A stretch of DNA of 64,000 nt from Candidatus Latescibacterota bacterium (GTDB lineage: Bacteria; Latescibacterota; UBA2968; GCA-2709665). Positions 1 through 9,811 of the stretch are shown one piece after another. Each line of letters opens with the position of its first letter. Within the stretch, counting starts at the first letter, position 1. Made by a program: the position numbers and the translations under genes. The stretch is from assembly GCA_965203805.1 (NCBI GenBank), contig OZ241917.1, positions 4,192,001 to 4,256,000 on the forward strand, read 5' to 3'. Below the pieces are notes generated by a model. It was given only the letters and a program-made list of their open reading frames with translations. It made no database searches and was not told the DNA's origin.

Positions 1-414
1 GAGGTCGAGCGCGGGCTGGATGACCTGCTCGAAGGTCATGGTGCCGTACCGCGCCAACGCCGTCAACCACGCGTCGGGCGATGCCGGGGTAACGGTCCGA
101 AGGATTCCGGGGGGAAGGTCGCCGCCATATTGTTTCCGGAAAGTGTCGATGCTTGCGGCCCGGGGCCAGCGCCCGAGTCCGCTGATGGTTTCAACCGGCG
201 CGCCCGATCCCGGACAATAGATGATCGGCGCGACACCGCCGAAATGGGTGGACCCCGGTTGGAGCACGTTGATGCAGATACCGGTAGCGACACCGGCATC
301 GGCCGCGTTGCCGCCGTTTTCGAGGATACGGACCCCGCCCATGGTTGCCAGATAGTGCAGCGATGATACAACGTACCGCTTTCCGAGGATCGACGGGCGA
401 TGGCTTTCCGGCAT
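1..414 (-). CDS. ggt: Gamma-glutamyltranspeptidase, N-terminal part (runs off the window edge)
   Basis: Not in the ORF track. Manual translation from ATG 414: MPESHRPSILGKRYVVSSLHYLATMGGVRILENGGNAADAGVATGICINVLQPGSTHFGG...ARYGTMTFEQVIQPAL. GGNAxDA and RYGTM are GGT hallmarks; AAGGA lies upstream. Confidence 0.9.
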   Translation of the reverse strand, partial: MPESHRPSILGKRYVVSSLHYLATMGGVRILENGGNAADAGVATGICINVLQPGSTHFGGVAPIIYCPGSGAPVETISGLGRWPRAASIDTFRKQYGGDLPPGILRTVTPASPDAWLTALARYGTMTFEQVIQPALDL

Positions 415-556
415 TCTGATTGTTCCTTGCAAAGGGCCACTTCCAAGAGATCGGCCATGAAGCTCGGGAGGGTACCCTCCCGCGATGCCATCGATTATGC
501 CACGGGGTAACGATGTCCGGACCGAGTTGATCGCCGCGCCGGCGTTCCCGGTCAGT

Positions 557-1315
557 TCAGAACACACCGGGTATGAGGGCACGGCGATTCGGCGGGTAGT
601 CCGGGAAGCGTTCCAGGTACCAGCGGTGATTGCTGCGAGCCCGGGGGACCAGATTGGCGATCGTATAGACGCAAAACGCGAACCCGCCGAGCGACCACGT
701 CGCAATCGCCCAACCCGTCCATTCCAGAATCTCACCGAGGTAGTTCGGACAGGAGACGTACCGGAAGGCGCCGCGATCCGGCACGACATAATCTGTCCGT
801 CCCCGTCTCCGCATGCTGAGCAGAATATTGTCGCTGTGGTGGTTCAGAATGATGCCGCCAACAAAAACCGACACGCCGATCAGGAAACACGGGTTGTACA
901 GCCATGAAACACCGTACTCGACGAGATGGGAGACGAACCGGGCGTTGACGTAAGCGTTCAGTACATTGAAGAAGAACCCCGATCCGGCGACAACAAGCGG
1001 CATTCTTCGCTTTGTCCGGGTCCGGAAGGGATAGATTAGCGTCCGGTTCAGGTAATGGCCCTGCCACATCGCCAGAAACACCAGCGACACGAGGCTGCCC
1101 TTCGAGTTCCCCTGCAGATAGACGAACAGGAAGAAGAAGACCGCCGGACATTCCATGGCGATCCAGCCCGTCTTGCTGGAGATGGTCGGCCCCCAGCCGT
1201 AGCCCGGATAGTGGCGCCCATAGGGCGCCGGCCTCCAGAGTAAATACAGGAAGGTCGCGCCGGCCAGGCCGAATATGACCCACACCAGCAGGCGGTATAT
1301 GTCCGGCTCCGTCAT
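557..1315 (-). CDS. 3-oxo-5-alpha-steroid 4-dehydrogenase (steroid 5-alpha-reductase family), membrane protein
   Basis: Motifs APYGRH, WIAMECP, HYLNRTLIYPF, SDNILLSMR, FRYVSCPNYLGEILEW, RARSNHRWY and RRALIP; hydrophobic segments. Confidence 0.9.
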   Translation of the reverse strand: MTEPDIYRLLVWVIFGLAGATFLYLLWRPAPYGRHYPGYGWGPTISSKTGWIAMECPAVFFFLFVYLQGNSKGSLVSLVFLAMWQGHYLNRTLIYPFRTRTKRRMPLVVAGSGFFFNVLNAYVNARFVSHLVEYGVSWLYNPCFLIGVSVFVGGIILNHHSDNILLSMRRRGRTDYVVPDRGAFRYVSCPNYLGEILEWTGWAIATWSLGGFAFCVYTIANLVPRARSNHRWYLERFPDYPPNRRALIPGVF

Positions 1316-1626
1316 CTCAGGCGTCCGGAATGTCGATATGCCATTTCGCGTCTCGGATGCCGCCGCCTGATCTCAAGCAGGTTGGTTTCAGTGATCGTTT
1401 CTTCTCCATAGCCTATGTGGACATTTTCCTGATGGGAGAAACGGAGATTTCTCGATGTCGCGTCGCCCAGTTCAAGGAGGGTCGTAATGATGCCTGAAAT
1501 CACCGGATAATCCTCGGTTGGCACAAGTGCATAAGGTGTGATCGGTTCTCGGCGGACGATGCAGGCTGGAGTGTTAGCGAGAGTCGATTCTGGAGCCTTC
1601 GCCGGCCATACTATGGAGGCACTCAA
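1312..1626 (-). pseudogene. Probable truncated N-terminal fragment of a DUF6615-like (putative nuclease) protein
   Basis: GYGEETITETNLLEIRRRHP resembles the start of that family as I recall it; the expected downstream conserved block is absent. Weak TTG start. Confidence 0.35.
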
Positions 1627-2480
1627 AAGTGTGCGCGGTAGTTGACCGCTTGCAGATGCACGTGACGACCGACGTCTCCCGGCAACTGGAAGAGCCTGGG
1701 TGTCTGGCGAAACTCGAACAGGCGGTAGAGATGGTATGCGTGTTCGTTCGCCTCGGAAAAACGGACCTCGCCAGTGCTGATGTAGAATGGCGTGAGCTTG
1801 CCGTAACGTGTCGTTTTTACCTCGATGAATCGGTCACGCCCGCTGACTTCGTACGAACGAATGTCGTACCCAGCGTGGTCCCCCACGGTTTTGGAGACCT
1901 GCTCGACGTTTCTGGCGAGGCGGTCCTTGCCCTCGCGCAGCAGACGTGCGCGCTCGAACTCCAAAACCAGTGCTTCTCCCGCATCTCCGAGAGATCGATT
2001 GAGCGCTTCCATCTGAAGATAATTGATCGGGGGACCAGGCTGGGAGGAGACGACGTATTCAACGGGTCTCTCACCTACCGAGCCAGAAGCTGGCACAGGC
2101 GGTTCGACACCGATACCGAGCACATCGTCGACGGTGAAACGGTCCTGGAGTGCATTGACATCGGCTACGACCATGTCCTCGACCGACGGAAGGTGCTCGC
2201 GCACCACATCCCTCAGCATGCCCTGGAAGTTGACAAGCGGTTTGTACCCGTTGATATACGGGAATCCCAACTCGATCAGGACCGCGCTGATGTTCTGGTG
2301 TTTGCGCTCAACAGCGCCATGCGTGCGGCCATCCAATCGGGCCTGTAGCGACCTGTTTCGCGCGGCTTTGTTGTACGACTTACCGCGAAGTTCAGAAGCC
2401 AGCATATCGAAATAGTCTCGAACAGTGGCTTCGACCTCCTGGCGGCTCCAATCGCTAAGGCTCGGCACATTTCCCCGCAA
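1623..2480 (-). CDS. DUF3883 (NO VEIN C-terminal) PD-(D/E)xK-like nuclease domain protein
   Basis: C-terminal GDAGEALV...GYDIRSY...RFIEVKTT...FYISTGE...YRLFEF; N-terminal DWSRQEV...ERKHQNISAVL...GYKP. Start uncertain. Confidence 0.85.
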   Translation of the reverse strand: MRGNVPSLSDWSRQEVEATVRDYFDMLASELRGKSYNKAARNRSLQARLDGRTHGAVERKHQNISAVLIELGFPYINGYKPLVNFQGMLRDVVREHLPSVEDMVVADVNALQDRFTVDDVLGIGVEPPVPASGSVGERPVEYVVSSQPGPPINYLQMEALNRSLGDAGEALVLEFERARLLREGKDRLARNVEQVSKTVGDHAGYDIRSYEVSGRDRFIEVKTTRYGKLTPFYISTGEVRFSEANEHAYHLYRLFEFRQTPRLFQLPGDVGRHVHLQAVNYRAHF

Positions 2481-2530
2481 GGCGTTTTCAGAATCCCGCG
2501 TAAATCATCTGATATGATTCGTCATGTGGG

Positions 2531-3745
2531 TTACTCCGGCGGGACCTCGAGAACATAAACATCAAAAGTATTCTCGGGGTTGGACAGAAAGGCGATTTTC
2601 CTGCCATCAGGTGACCAGGCCGGATAATACTCGGCAGTCTCTCTATTCGTTAAGCGTTTGACATTCGTACCGTCAGCGTTCATTACATAAAGTGGGCCGT
2701 CTCCCTCAGCTGGGTAAACGACTTTGGCGCCGTCCGGTGACCATGCGGCGCCAACCCACAGATCATCCCAGATATCCTGGAAGGTCAGCCGGGTAACCTC
2801 GCTGCCGTCAGCATTCATCACATACATATCGCCATAGTTTTTACGGGCATTGTCGCGGTTAGACCAGAAGGTGATTCTGGTTCCGTCAGGCGACCACGCA
2901 GGCAGAATACTACCTTCGTTTTCTGCGGTGAGTTGTGTAACCATTGCCGACTCCACATCCACCACAGAAATTGCAGTGAACCTGTTTTCATTGGAATCAA
3001 CACCTATAGATGTAACGGCGATCTTCTTGCTGTCGGGCGACCAGACCGGGAATAAATCGTTGGCGGTACTATTCGTCAGCCTTGAGAGACCTGAGCCCTC
3101 CGGACCCACGACGTAAATTTCGAAGTTCCCGTCCCGGTTGGAAGAAAAGGCGATCCTGGCGCCGTCAGGTGACCACGAAGGGTATATATCTTCCGCGTCA
3201 TTATCTGTTAGACGGGCGAGCCCTTCACCACTTGCACCTGCCTTATAAATCTCTGCATTCCCATCCCGAACAGAGGAATAAGCGATGTGCTCACCGTCCG
3301 GCGACCAGGCCAGCGTCGTGTTCAATTCGGAATCCACTGCAATCGAAGTAGCCAATCTTATTGAATCACCACCATCCGCATTCATCACCCACAATTCCGG
3401 ATCTTCAACACCAGAGAGATAAGCGATTTTTCGGCCGTCCGGCGGTGACCACGTGGGATGTAATTCAATGGTCTCGCTATTCGTCAAACGGGTGAGTTCA
3501 GCAACACAGGGATTGCCAAACAGCTTCGCGAAGGCCAGAAAGTCAGCCATATCAACTGTGCCATTCGTATCCAGATCAAATGCAGCGTTATAGCCCGCAT
3601 CACCCTGCTGAGCCCCGAATACAGCGGCCAGGGCGATAAAATCAGCGAAATCAACCTGCCTGCTGTTGTCGAAGTCTCCTGGACAACCGGAAGCCCGGGC
3701 TGTGATCATCAGGACCGAGAAGAGGACAACGGATCTGAAAAACAT
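2531..3745 (-). CDS. Secreted TolB-like (PD40 repeat) beta-propeller protein with N-terminal EF-hand/dockerin-like domain
   Basis: Signal peptide MFFRSVVLFSVLMITARASG; paired GDFDNSRQVDFADF and DLDTNGTVDMADF; seven WSPDG-type repeats. Confidence 0.88.
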   Translation of the reverse strand: MFFRSVVLFSVLMITARASGCPGDFDNSRQVDFADFIALAAVFGAQQGDAGYNAAFDLDTNGTVDMADFLAFAKLFGNPCVAELTRLTNSETIELHPTWSPPDGRKIAYLSGVEDPELWVMNADGGDSIRLATSIAVDSELNTTLAWSPDGEHIAYSSVRDGNAEIYKAGASGEGLARLTDNDAEDIYPSWSPDGARIAFSSNRDGNFEIYVVGPEGSGLSRLTNSTANDLFPVWSPDSKKIAVTSIGVDSNENRFTAISVVDVESAMVTQLTAENEGSILPAWSPDGTRITFWSNRDNARKNYGDMYVMNADGSEVTRLTFQDIWDDLWVGAAWSPDGAKVVYPAEGDGPLYVMNADGTNVKRLTNRETAEYYPAWSPDGRKIAFLSNPENTFDVYVLEVPPE

Positions 3746-3949
3746 AAATGCCTCGCCAAAAAAAAGAGTAGCTTCTTTACACAAGTCATTGTATTATATT
3801 ATGGTTAGACAAATAACCAAACAACAATGAACTTGGAAGAAACTACCGCGGAACGTCAAGATAAACACCAAAGGGTGTTTATCGCAAGTGTTTCGGCAAA
3901 GCTCGCAGTAGCCGCCTTTGACGGGGTCTGCGAGGGATCGGGAAACTCA

Positions 3950-4750
3950 ATGCCAAAGGTTGAACGTTACCCACACGGAACGCCGTGTTGGGTTGATCTG
4001 GCGACAACGGATCTGGCGGGGGCGAGAGCGTTCTACGCCGGATTATTCGGTTGGGAGTATGTGGACGAGGAGATGTGGGAGATGGGCATCGGGGTTTATT
4101 CCATGGCCATGCTGGAGGGGTCGGCCGCGGCGGCGATTTATGAATCGGGCGCCGGGCAGATGCGTTCAGACGGGGCAGTGAAGTGGAACCTCTACGTATC
4201 GGTGGATGATGTCGACGCCGTCGTCGAGCGGGTGGCAGCGAATGGCGGGGCGGTGCTGGCGGGTTCAAGAGACGTCGATCTCGCGGGTCGGGTGGCGGTG
4301 GTCGCGGACCCGACGGATTGCGTCGTGACACTGTGGGAGCCGGGCGAGTTCGCGGGCTGCGGCGTGATGTCGGAGGCCGGCGCGTTTGCCTGGTCGGAGC
4401 ATCTGAGCACGGATCGTGCGGCTTCGGTCCGGTTTTTCGAGAAGGTTGTCGGTGTCGAAACCGTGAGGGCCGACGAGGAACAGCCGGTGCCGTACTCGAG
4501 CGTACTGGTGGGTGACAAGGCTGTGAGCGGGATCATGCAGATGCCGGACCGGATGATCGAAGAAGGGGTCGCGTCCGAGTGGTACGTGTACTTTCACGTT
4601 CGGGATTTTGACGAATCGGCGGGATACGTACAGAGGCACGGAGGGCGATTGATGGCCGAGCCCGACGATATTTCCGGTTTCGGGCGAATGGTGGTCGCCC
4701 GGGATCCGCAAGGCGCCGACTTCTGTATCGTCCAGCTGGAGATGGGGTAA
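3950..4750 (+). CDS. Two-domain VOC/glyoxalase family protein
   Basis: GTPCWVDLATTD...FYAGLFGW, GRVAVVADPTD, second domain WYVYFHV...GRMVVARDPQGA. Start moved to ATG 3950. Confidence 0.9.
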   Translation: MPKVERYPHGTPCWVDLATTDLAGARAFYAGLFGWEYVDEEMWEMGIGVYSMAMLEGSAAAAIYESGAGQMRSDGAVKWNLYVSVDDVDAVVERVAANGGAVLAGSRDVDLAGRVAVVADPTDCVVTLWEPGEFAGCGVMSEAGAFAWSEHLSTDRAASVRFFEKVVGVETVRADEEQPVPYSSVLVGDKAVSGIMQMPDRMIEEGVASEWYVYFHVRDFDESAGYVQRHGGRLMAEPDDISGFGRMVVARDPQGADFCIVQLEMG

Positions 4751-4781
4751 TCACGCTACTTGAATGATACAGTGCGTGAAC

Positions 4782-5519
4782 TCATGCCCTCCCGCCCGTC
4801 AGAATCGACACGACCTGTGGGACAGCCTCTTCCACGCTTTCATCGAATTTATCGCCTGCCACGGGTGCAAGGTGCGCGCGCAGTTCGATATTCCGGTAGC
4901 CTGCGACGCCGTCAAGGGTGCTCGACCATGCGCCGGCTCCCGAAGGCCTGTGTCTGGCTTCCAGCTCCATTCGAGGATACTCCCACCGCAGGTCCTTGCC
5001 GCGGTAGCGAACCCGGTCCCCCTCCTTCACGTCGCTCAACCTCATCCTGCGGTGTACGCCGAAGTGAATCAGCCTGCGATGGACCCTGTCCGGCTGCGGC
5101 CCCGGGTCCTCCCATCCCTCGACGAGATAGTTTCCTGTGGCATGCGATAGCCTGAAGCCATCGCCATCGCGCTCGATCATTGGCACCCTGCCCGCGGCCG
5201 TGATGTATGCAGTGGGGATGCCTCTCAACTCGAACTCCAGCATATCGTGCAAACTGCACGAACTGGCGCCGCATCAGTCCACGACCCCCATGACAAGCCC
5301 ATCGCAATTCGGAACGATCTCCTCCACAAGCTTTTTTGTGCAGACGCGATAGGGCGATGACTTTTTCCAGGGTCCGACCACATTCGCGCCGTATTCTGCT
5401 GCGAGCCGTTCCCCGACCGCCTTGAGTACGGCTCCCGAAGTACGCTTTCCAGGATCCAGAAGTCCGATCCTGGCGCCGTTCAGGCGGGTCAGCCGGGATG
5501 CGGGTTCGATTCTTGACAC
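4782..5519 (-). CDS. UGSC-family-like selenoprotein (Sec at codon 82, UGA 5276-5274), 245 aa
   Basis: ORFs 5274..5519 and 4782..5252 are in the same frame, separated by one TGA: GVVD-U-CGASSCSLHDMLEFELRGIPTA. AGGAG RBS before the GTG start; SECIS-like hairpin follows the UGA. Confidence 0.85.
5237..5266 (-). promoter_or_regulatory. Putative bacterial SECIS element
   Basis: Minus-strand CCAG-T-TCGTGC-AGTTT-GCACGA-TATG-CTGG; apical loop about 18 nt after the UGA, with G in loop position 2. Confidence 0.75.
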
Positions 5520-5724
5520 AGGTCTTCTCCTTTCTGATCTTAACGTCCGGAACGTCAGTGTATAGGGCAGGTCCCCGGGGTTGGATGCGTTCGAGCGCTC
5601 CTACCCTTGATTCCCGGCTAAATATAGCCAATGATAGATTCAATGTCTGCTACGAATTGGCGTGATTACCCTCTTATCTACCGTCTATGCGACCCAGGTA
5701 CCCGAGCGAAATCGAGGAGGATTT

Positions 5725-6462
5725 ATGTTGACTGACGAACAGGTCCGGCAGTTTCGGGAAGACGGCTACCTCGTTTTTGAAGCCCTGATACAGGGCGAAC
5801 GATTGGCCTATTACAAGCGCGTGTTCGACGAACTGGTCGCAGAGGGGCGCACGTTGACCGGAGAGACGCCGCACTGGTCGCTCGAGCTGGACGAACGCGG
5901 CGAACCCCGGGCGGGTCTGTTGCACAAAGTTCAGGGGGTTTGCGTGGTCGATGCCCGCGTGCTGGAACTGGCGCGTGAACCCGCGATTCTGGACCGTGTC
6001 GCAGTATTGACCGGTGATAATATCGATGTGTTCGGCACCAAGTTCTTTCCGAAGTTGCCCAACGGCGGCACGTCGACCGGCTGGCACCAGGACAATTTCT
6101 ATTTTGGCACCGATACGGATCGCATTATCAGTTGCGGGATCTACCTGGAAGATTCAGACGTGGAGAATGGGTGTTTGCGGGTGGTGCCCGGCAGCCACCG
6201 GATCGGCAGGATTGTCGAGCACCGCAAGAATCCGGCCAGGCATGGCAGTTGGACGGAGGTCGATGAATCGAGGGCTTTGGATCTGGTCATTCCCGCCGGC
6301 ACGGTTGTTCTGTTTTCGGCCAATCTCCTGCACGGCGCCTACGATAACCACAGTGAACGCACGCGCTACAGTACGGCCTGGCATTATCTGCCGGAGGAAC
6401 TCAATCCGGAGCGGTTTCCGAAGGGAATTTACGAAGATCGACACATGGCCCGTAAGCATTGA
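5725..6462 (+). CDS. Phytanoyl-CoA dioxygenase (PhyH) family Fe(II)/2OG enzyme
   Basis: FREDGYLV, WHQD, GCLRVVPGSH, LLHG; GAGGAGG RBS before ATG 5725. Confidence 0.92.
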   Translation: MLTDEQVRQFREDGYLVFEALIQGERLAYYKRVFDELVAEGRTLTGETPHWSLELDERGEPRAGLLHKVQGVCVVDARVLELAREPAILDRVAVLTGDNIDVFGTKFFPKLPNGGTSTGWHQDNFYFGTDTDRIISCGIYLEDSDVENGCLRVVPGSHRIGRIVEHRKNPARHGSWTEVDESRALDLVIPAGTVVLFSANLLHGAYDNHSERTRYSTAWHYLPEELNPERFPKGIYEDRHMARKH

Positions 6463-6739
6463 GAGCCGGGTCCGTCGGAGGGTTTCCCGCGGCGCTCCCT
6501 CCGACGGACCCGCACCCACAAGCGAACAACCCATTGGGTGCTGCGATCTGCGCACACCCTGCGCTTCGAGATCATCTATCGCGCCGGACGCCTCCTTCGC
6601 CTCGAAGGGCGGCTGACCTTGCGACTCCAGCGGAACAGACTGATCGAAAATCAGTTCAACCACATCAGTGAGGCGTTAGAAAAAGCAGCCTGATTTTGTC
6701 GAATCAAGGTTAAACCGTGGGTGAAGTCGGGATCCACGT

Positions 6740-6808
6740 ACTGGAATGGACCGCCAATCCCCCCCCCCCGGCACCGGTGACGATGGCTGTCCTGTCTTTG
6801 AATCGCAT
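6740..6808 (-). pseudogene. N-terminal stub of a short-chain dehydrogenase
   Basis: AGGAG RBS, then MRFKDRTAIVTGAGGG; similarity is lost after an 11-G homopolymer. Confidence 0.6.
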
Positions 6809-6891
6809 GCTGATCTCTCCTGGTTTTTGGAACGTATAAGAGAATAAAAGGGCTTTTTTGGATCCTTCATCCACGCCACAGCACGGAACAT

Positions 6892-7680
6892 CTAGCTCTT
6901 TGTGGAAGTCGTTGGCGGTTGTTCCGATCCTGCAAGGACGAACGCACAATAATTGAGGAACGCGACGGCCCTGAGGCTGTTCTCCTCGGTGCCGTAATCG
7001 GTTGCTTCGCCATGCATAACTAGATGTCGGTTCAAACCGCTGAAATCGTCGGGCCTATCCTTCTTAGAAAGAACGAGCGGCCAGTCGGGGGTGATGAGGG
7101 CACGCACGAATTCAAGAGAATTAGCATCCTTGACTCGTTTGGCGAGCGCCTTGATCGCTTTCTTAGTGCCACCGCTGAACAAGTTGAGAGCGATCCGGTC
7201 GTGCCATATGCCGTCGGCTTGAGCCAGCAAGACGGGAACAGAAAGATTGTAATTGGACTCCCGATGCGCGTCGAACGCCTCTTGCAAAATCAATGTGCGT
7301 TGAGGGTACTCGACAACCAGCTTTGCTTCGATGCTGTCTAGGCGCTCTCGGAACACCTTCTGCATGATTTCCTCGATCGCCTCAGGCTCGCTGTCCCTGT
7401 ATGACGACAGCAGCGCCAGCTGTATCGGAGCCATCCAGGGGTCGGGGTACCAGCCACGTTCAACCAGGACGCTCACAAGGCGGCTGTCGACCTGAATGAA
7501 GCGTCCAAGTTCATGAACCCTGAGTTCATCCAGTGACACGACAACGCTCGCGAGGACTCCCATCACAGTCTCGCCGTTCTCCTCTAACCAAGTCCGCCAA
7601 GCAGCTGCCGACTTTTCCAAACCGGAGAACCACTCAGGGGGCAAGAAGCGTCGAGCAAGGACATCAGTGAGCGTTGGCAT
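6892..7680 (-). CDS. Standalone HEPN-like protein (putative RNase)
   Basis: C-terminal ILQEAFDAH...SVPVLLAQADGI and LNRHLVMHG (Rx4H) followed by DYGTEENSL. Start moved to ATG 7680. Confidence 0.55.
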   Translation of the reverse strand: MPTLTDVLARRFLPPEWFSGLEKSAAAWRTWLEENGETVMGVLASVVVSLDELRVHELGRFIQVDSRLVSVLVERGWYPDPWMAPIQLALLSSYRDSEPEAIEEIMQKVFRERLDSIEAKLVVEYPQRTLILQEAFDAHRESNYNLSVPVLLAQADGIWHDRIALNLFSGGTKKAIKALAKRVKDANSLEFVRALITPDWPLVLSKKDRPDDFSGLNRHLVMHGEATDYGTEENSLRAVAFLNYCAFVLAGSEQPPTTSTKS

Positions 7681-8162
7681 CGTATTCTTTCCTATCGAGT
7701 AAAGGCGGGATACACTCAGCGGGATTCCAACCTGAAACACCCGACCCCGCTGGTCTGCGCCAGACATCCACAAATCAGCCAGGCATCCGATTTCGATTGT
7801 AGGTGTACGCGTAACCGATTCGGCGAACCAGAACACGGCATTCTCTTGATACACCCGGCCTCTCTTCGGGAGCGTCGACACCGGGTATGGCAGCGACAGC
7901 GAGATGAAGAACTCGTTGTCTTACCGTACAAAATAGAGAGCCTTTGGGGGATTCTCTGTCAAGGCGCTCAGCCCAGACTAGGATCAGGCCAACTCCCCGA
8001 TGGTCGCTTGCGAGTCCTTCGACAGGATTCCCCGTACGGTCTGGTTGCGGTGGGCACGTATCTGGCACGGTTGATCAACGGATCTGTACTCTACGAGGCC
8101 CGAGTCCAAGCACGCGGTTCTTGTCCTCCGACCGTAACTTCTCTTAAGGAGATGTTCGAACC

Positions 8163-8558
8163 TTACAACTGTTGACTGACTGCGCGTACGATCCCGCCTA
8201 CTCTACGCACCAGTTTCTTGGATTCTCCCTGTGTAAGCGCCTTCTGAGGCACTTCATAGATGCCATTGGATGTGAGGAATGGATACAGAAGTTTGTTCCT
8301 GATGCCCTCAAGAAAGATTGCCATTTGAGCGATTGACAAACACATCGCCAAGGGTTTGGACCTAACGGAAAACTCGCGCAGTTTGCTTCGGTGGGAAGTC
8401 GGGACCTTTCGTCCAATATGCCGGAGCCAAGCCGCCCCAATGGACTCGAACGCGTGATAGGATGCGAAGGCACTCACTTCATGTGCGATTTTGTTCGAAG
8501 CGTTAGCTGAGGTCTGATACCGATCAGCGATGCCTTGGTATTGCTTTGCATCAGTCAT
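8163..8558 (-). CDS. HEPN domain protein (putative toxin)
   Basis: 131 aa, all-helical pattern; SAFASYHAFE, VPTSH and IRNKLLYP match the HEPN consensus. ATG overlaps the upstream stop (ATGACTGA). Confidence 0.7.
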   Translation of the reverse strand: MTDAKQYQGIADRYQTSANASNKIAHEVSAFASYHAFESIGAAWLRHIGRKVPTSHRSKLREFSVRSKPLAMCLSIAQMAIFLEGIRNKLLYPFLTSNGIYEVPQKALTQGESKKLVRRVGGIVRAVSQQL

Positions 8559-9033
8559 GAGCATCCCAAGAGAGAGCGAGGGACTCAGTAATGAGCCACG
8601 ATGGATTCTGAGCCTCCCGAACAATCTCCTTCAGGTCTTCCGTGATGACGAAGACCGACGGGAAGACACCTGTTTGTAGGAGGACGGGACCGAGAGCTAT
8701 TGACAGGTGTTCCAACTCCTGAAACGGGTGGCCCTCAGGGATCGTAGCGATGACCGGCACGAACATGCGACTTCGGGATCTTTTTTGCAGGTGTTTACCC
8801 GAATCGAGAAACATGATCTGGTGCCAGTTACCGGACCACGCCAGCCTCGTTGCGTCCATTGCGTGGATTAGGAACTCCCTCTCGCCATGAGGAAGTAGCT
8901 CAATCCGGGTTTCTCTTGCATGGCCGTACTGAAGGCTTGGAACGGGGCCTCTGGGAAGGAAACGGCTCCATGGCAGCTTAAGGCTCCGGTAGTGGGTACT
9001 CCAATCGTCGGGGAGAGAGTTCCAGTCGACCAT
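8551..9033 (-). CDS. Hypothetical protein, probable HEPN partner (degenerate MNT-like C-terminus)
   Basis: GGAGG RBS; translationally coupled to the HEPN gene; C-terminal LLQTGVFPSVFVITE...PSWLITESLAL recalls MNT tails, but there is no GS...DxD motif. Confidence 0.5.
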   Translation of the reverse strand: MVDWNSLPDDWSTHYRSLKLPWSRFLPRGPVPSLQYGHARETRIELLPHGEREFLIHAMDATRLAWSGNWHQIMFLDSGKHLQKRSRSRMFVPVIATIPEGHPFQELEHLSIALGPVLLQTGVFPSVFVITEDLKEIVREAQNPSWLITESLALSWDAHD

Positions 9034-9090
9034 CTAGCTTGGCCCTCCTTTTTGTCACCCGCCCTAGGCCGGAACGCCCTCTGAAGAAGC

Positions 9091-9811
9091 CTAGCCGGAA
9101 TACGGTACCTGGGCGTGTCCACAACGCATCGTCTGCAAGTCGGAAGTGACACCGCAAGGTGTCAATATCCGATTCGTGGTCACCAACCTGAAACACGCCC
9201 AAGCGTCATTCATCTACAAAACCGCCTATTGCACACGCGGGAGGATGGAAAACTTCATCAAGAATCACAAGACCTTTCTCCATTCCGATCGCACCTCTTG
9301 TCACACGTTCCAGGCCAATCACTTCCGTCTCTTTCTCCACAGCGCCGCCTATGTCCTGATGCATTCCCTGGCTGCTATCGGATTGCGCGGCACAAGTTGG
9401 ACGAACGCACAGTTCAATACCCTGCAGAATCGACTCTTGATAGTCGCCGGGCGCGTTTGTAAGTTGAAAACCAGGATCAAGTTCCATCTCCCGACGGCGT
9501 TCCCACTCAAACACCTTTATGGTAAGATCCTCTATAATCTGGCAACAGGTGTTACATAACCCATCGACGCGCTGACCCCGCCTTCAAATTTGCATCGACA
9601 CGACCCAGTGCCATGGAGACGTCTGCGCTTTTGACAGCGGGATGCATGGCAACTTGACGCCACAGGTCAATCGTGCTGCCAGCAGGCATCGCCCAAACGG
9701 CTTGAACAAGCAAAATCCGTCACAGTCCGTGCGCTTTCGTTGCTCGTTTCGACCGGAATCTCGTTCTGCCTCCTTAAAATCCATCATCTGACGATTCATG
9801 AATAAATCGGG
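9091..9811 (+). mobile_element. IS1380-family remnant: transposase C-terminus (about 9104-9559) plus right end
   Basis: GTWACPQRIVCKSEV...RFVVTNL...YCTRGRMENFIK...SDRTSCHTFQANHFRLFLHSAAYVL. Right end ATGAATAAATCGGG at 9798-9811 followed by CTAG; another CTAG at 9091-9094. No N-terminus. Confidence 0.8.

Noticed and set aside
7690-8160. N-terminal extension of the 329-aa ORF and nearby short ORFs
   Set aside because: Looks like unrelated gene debris with an upstream in-frame stop; no family could be assigned.
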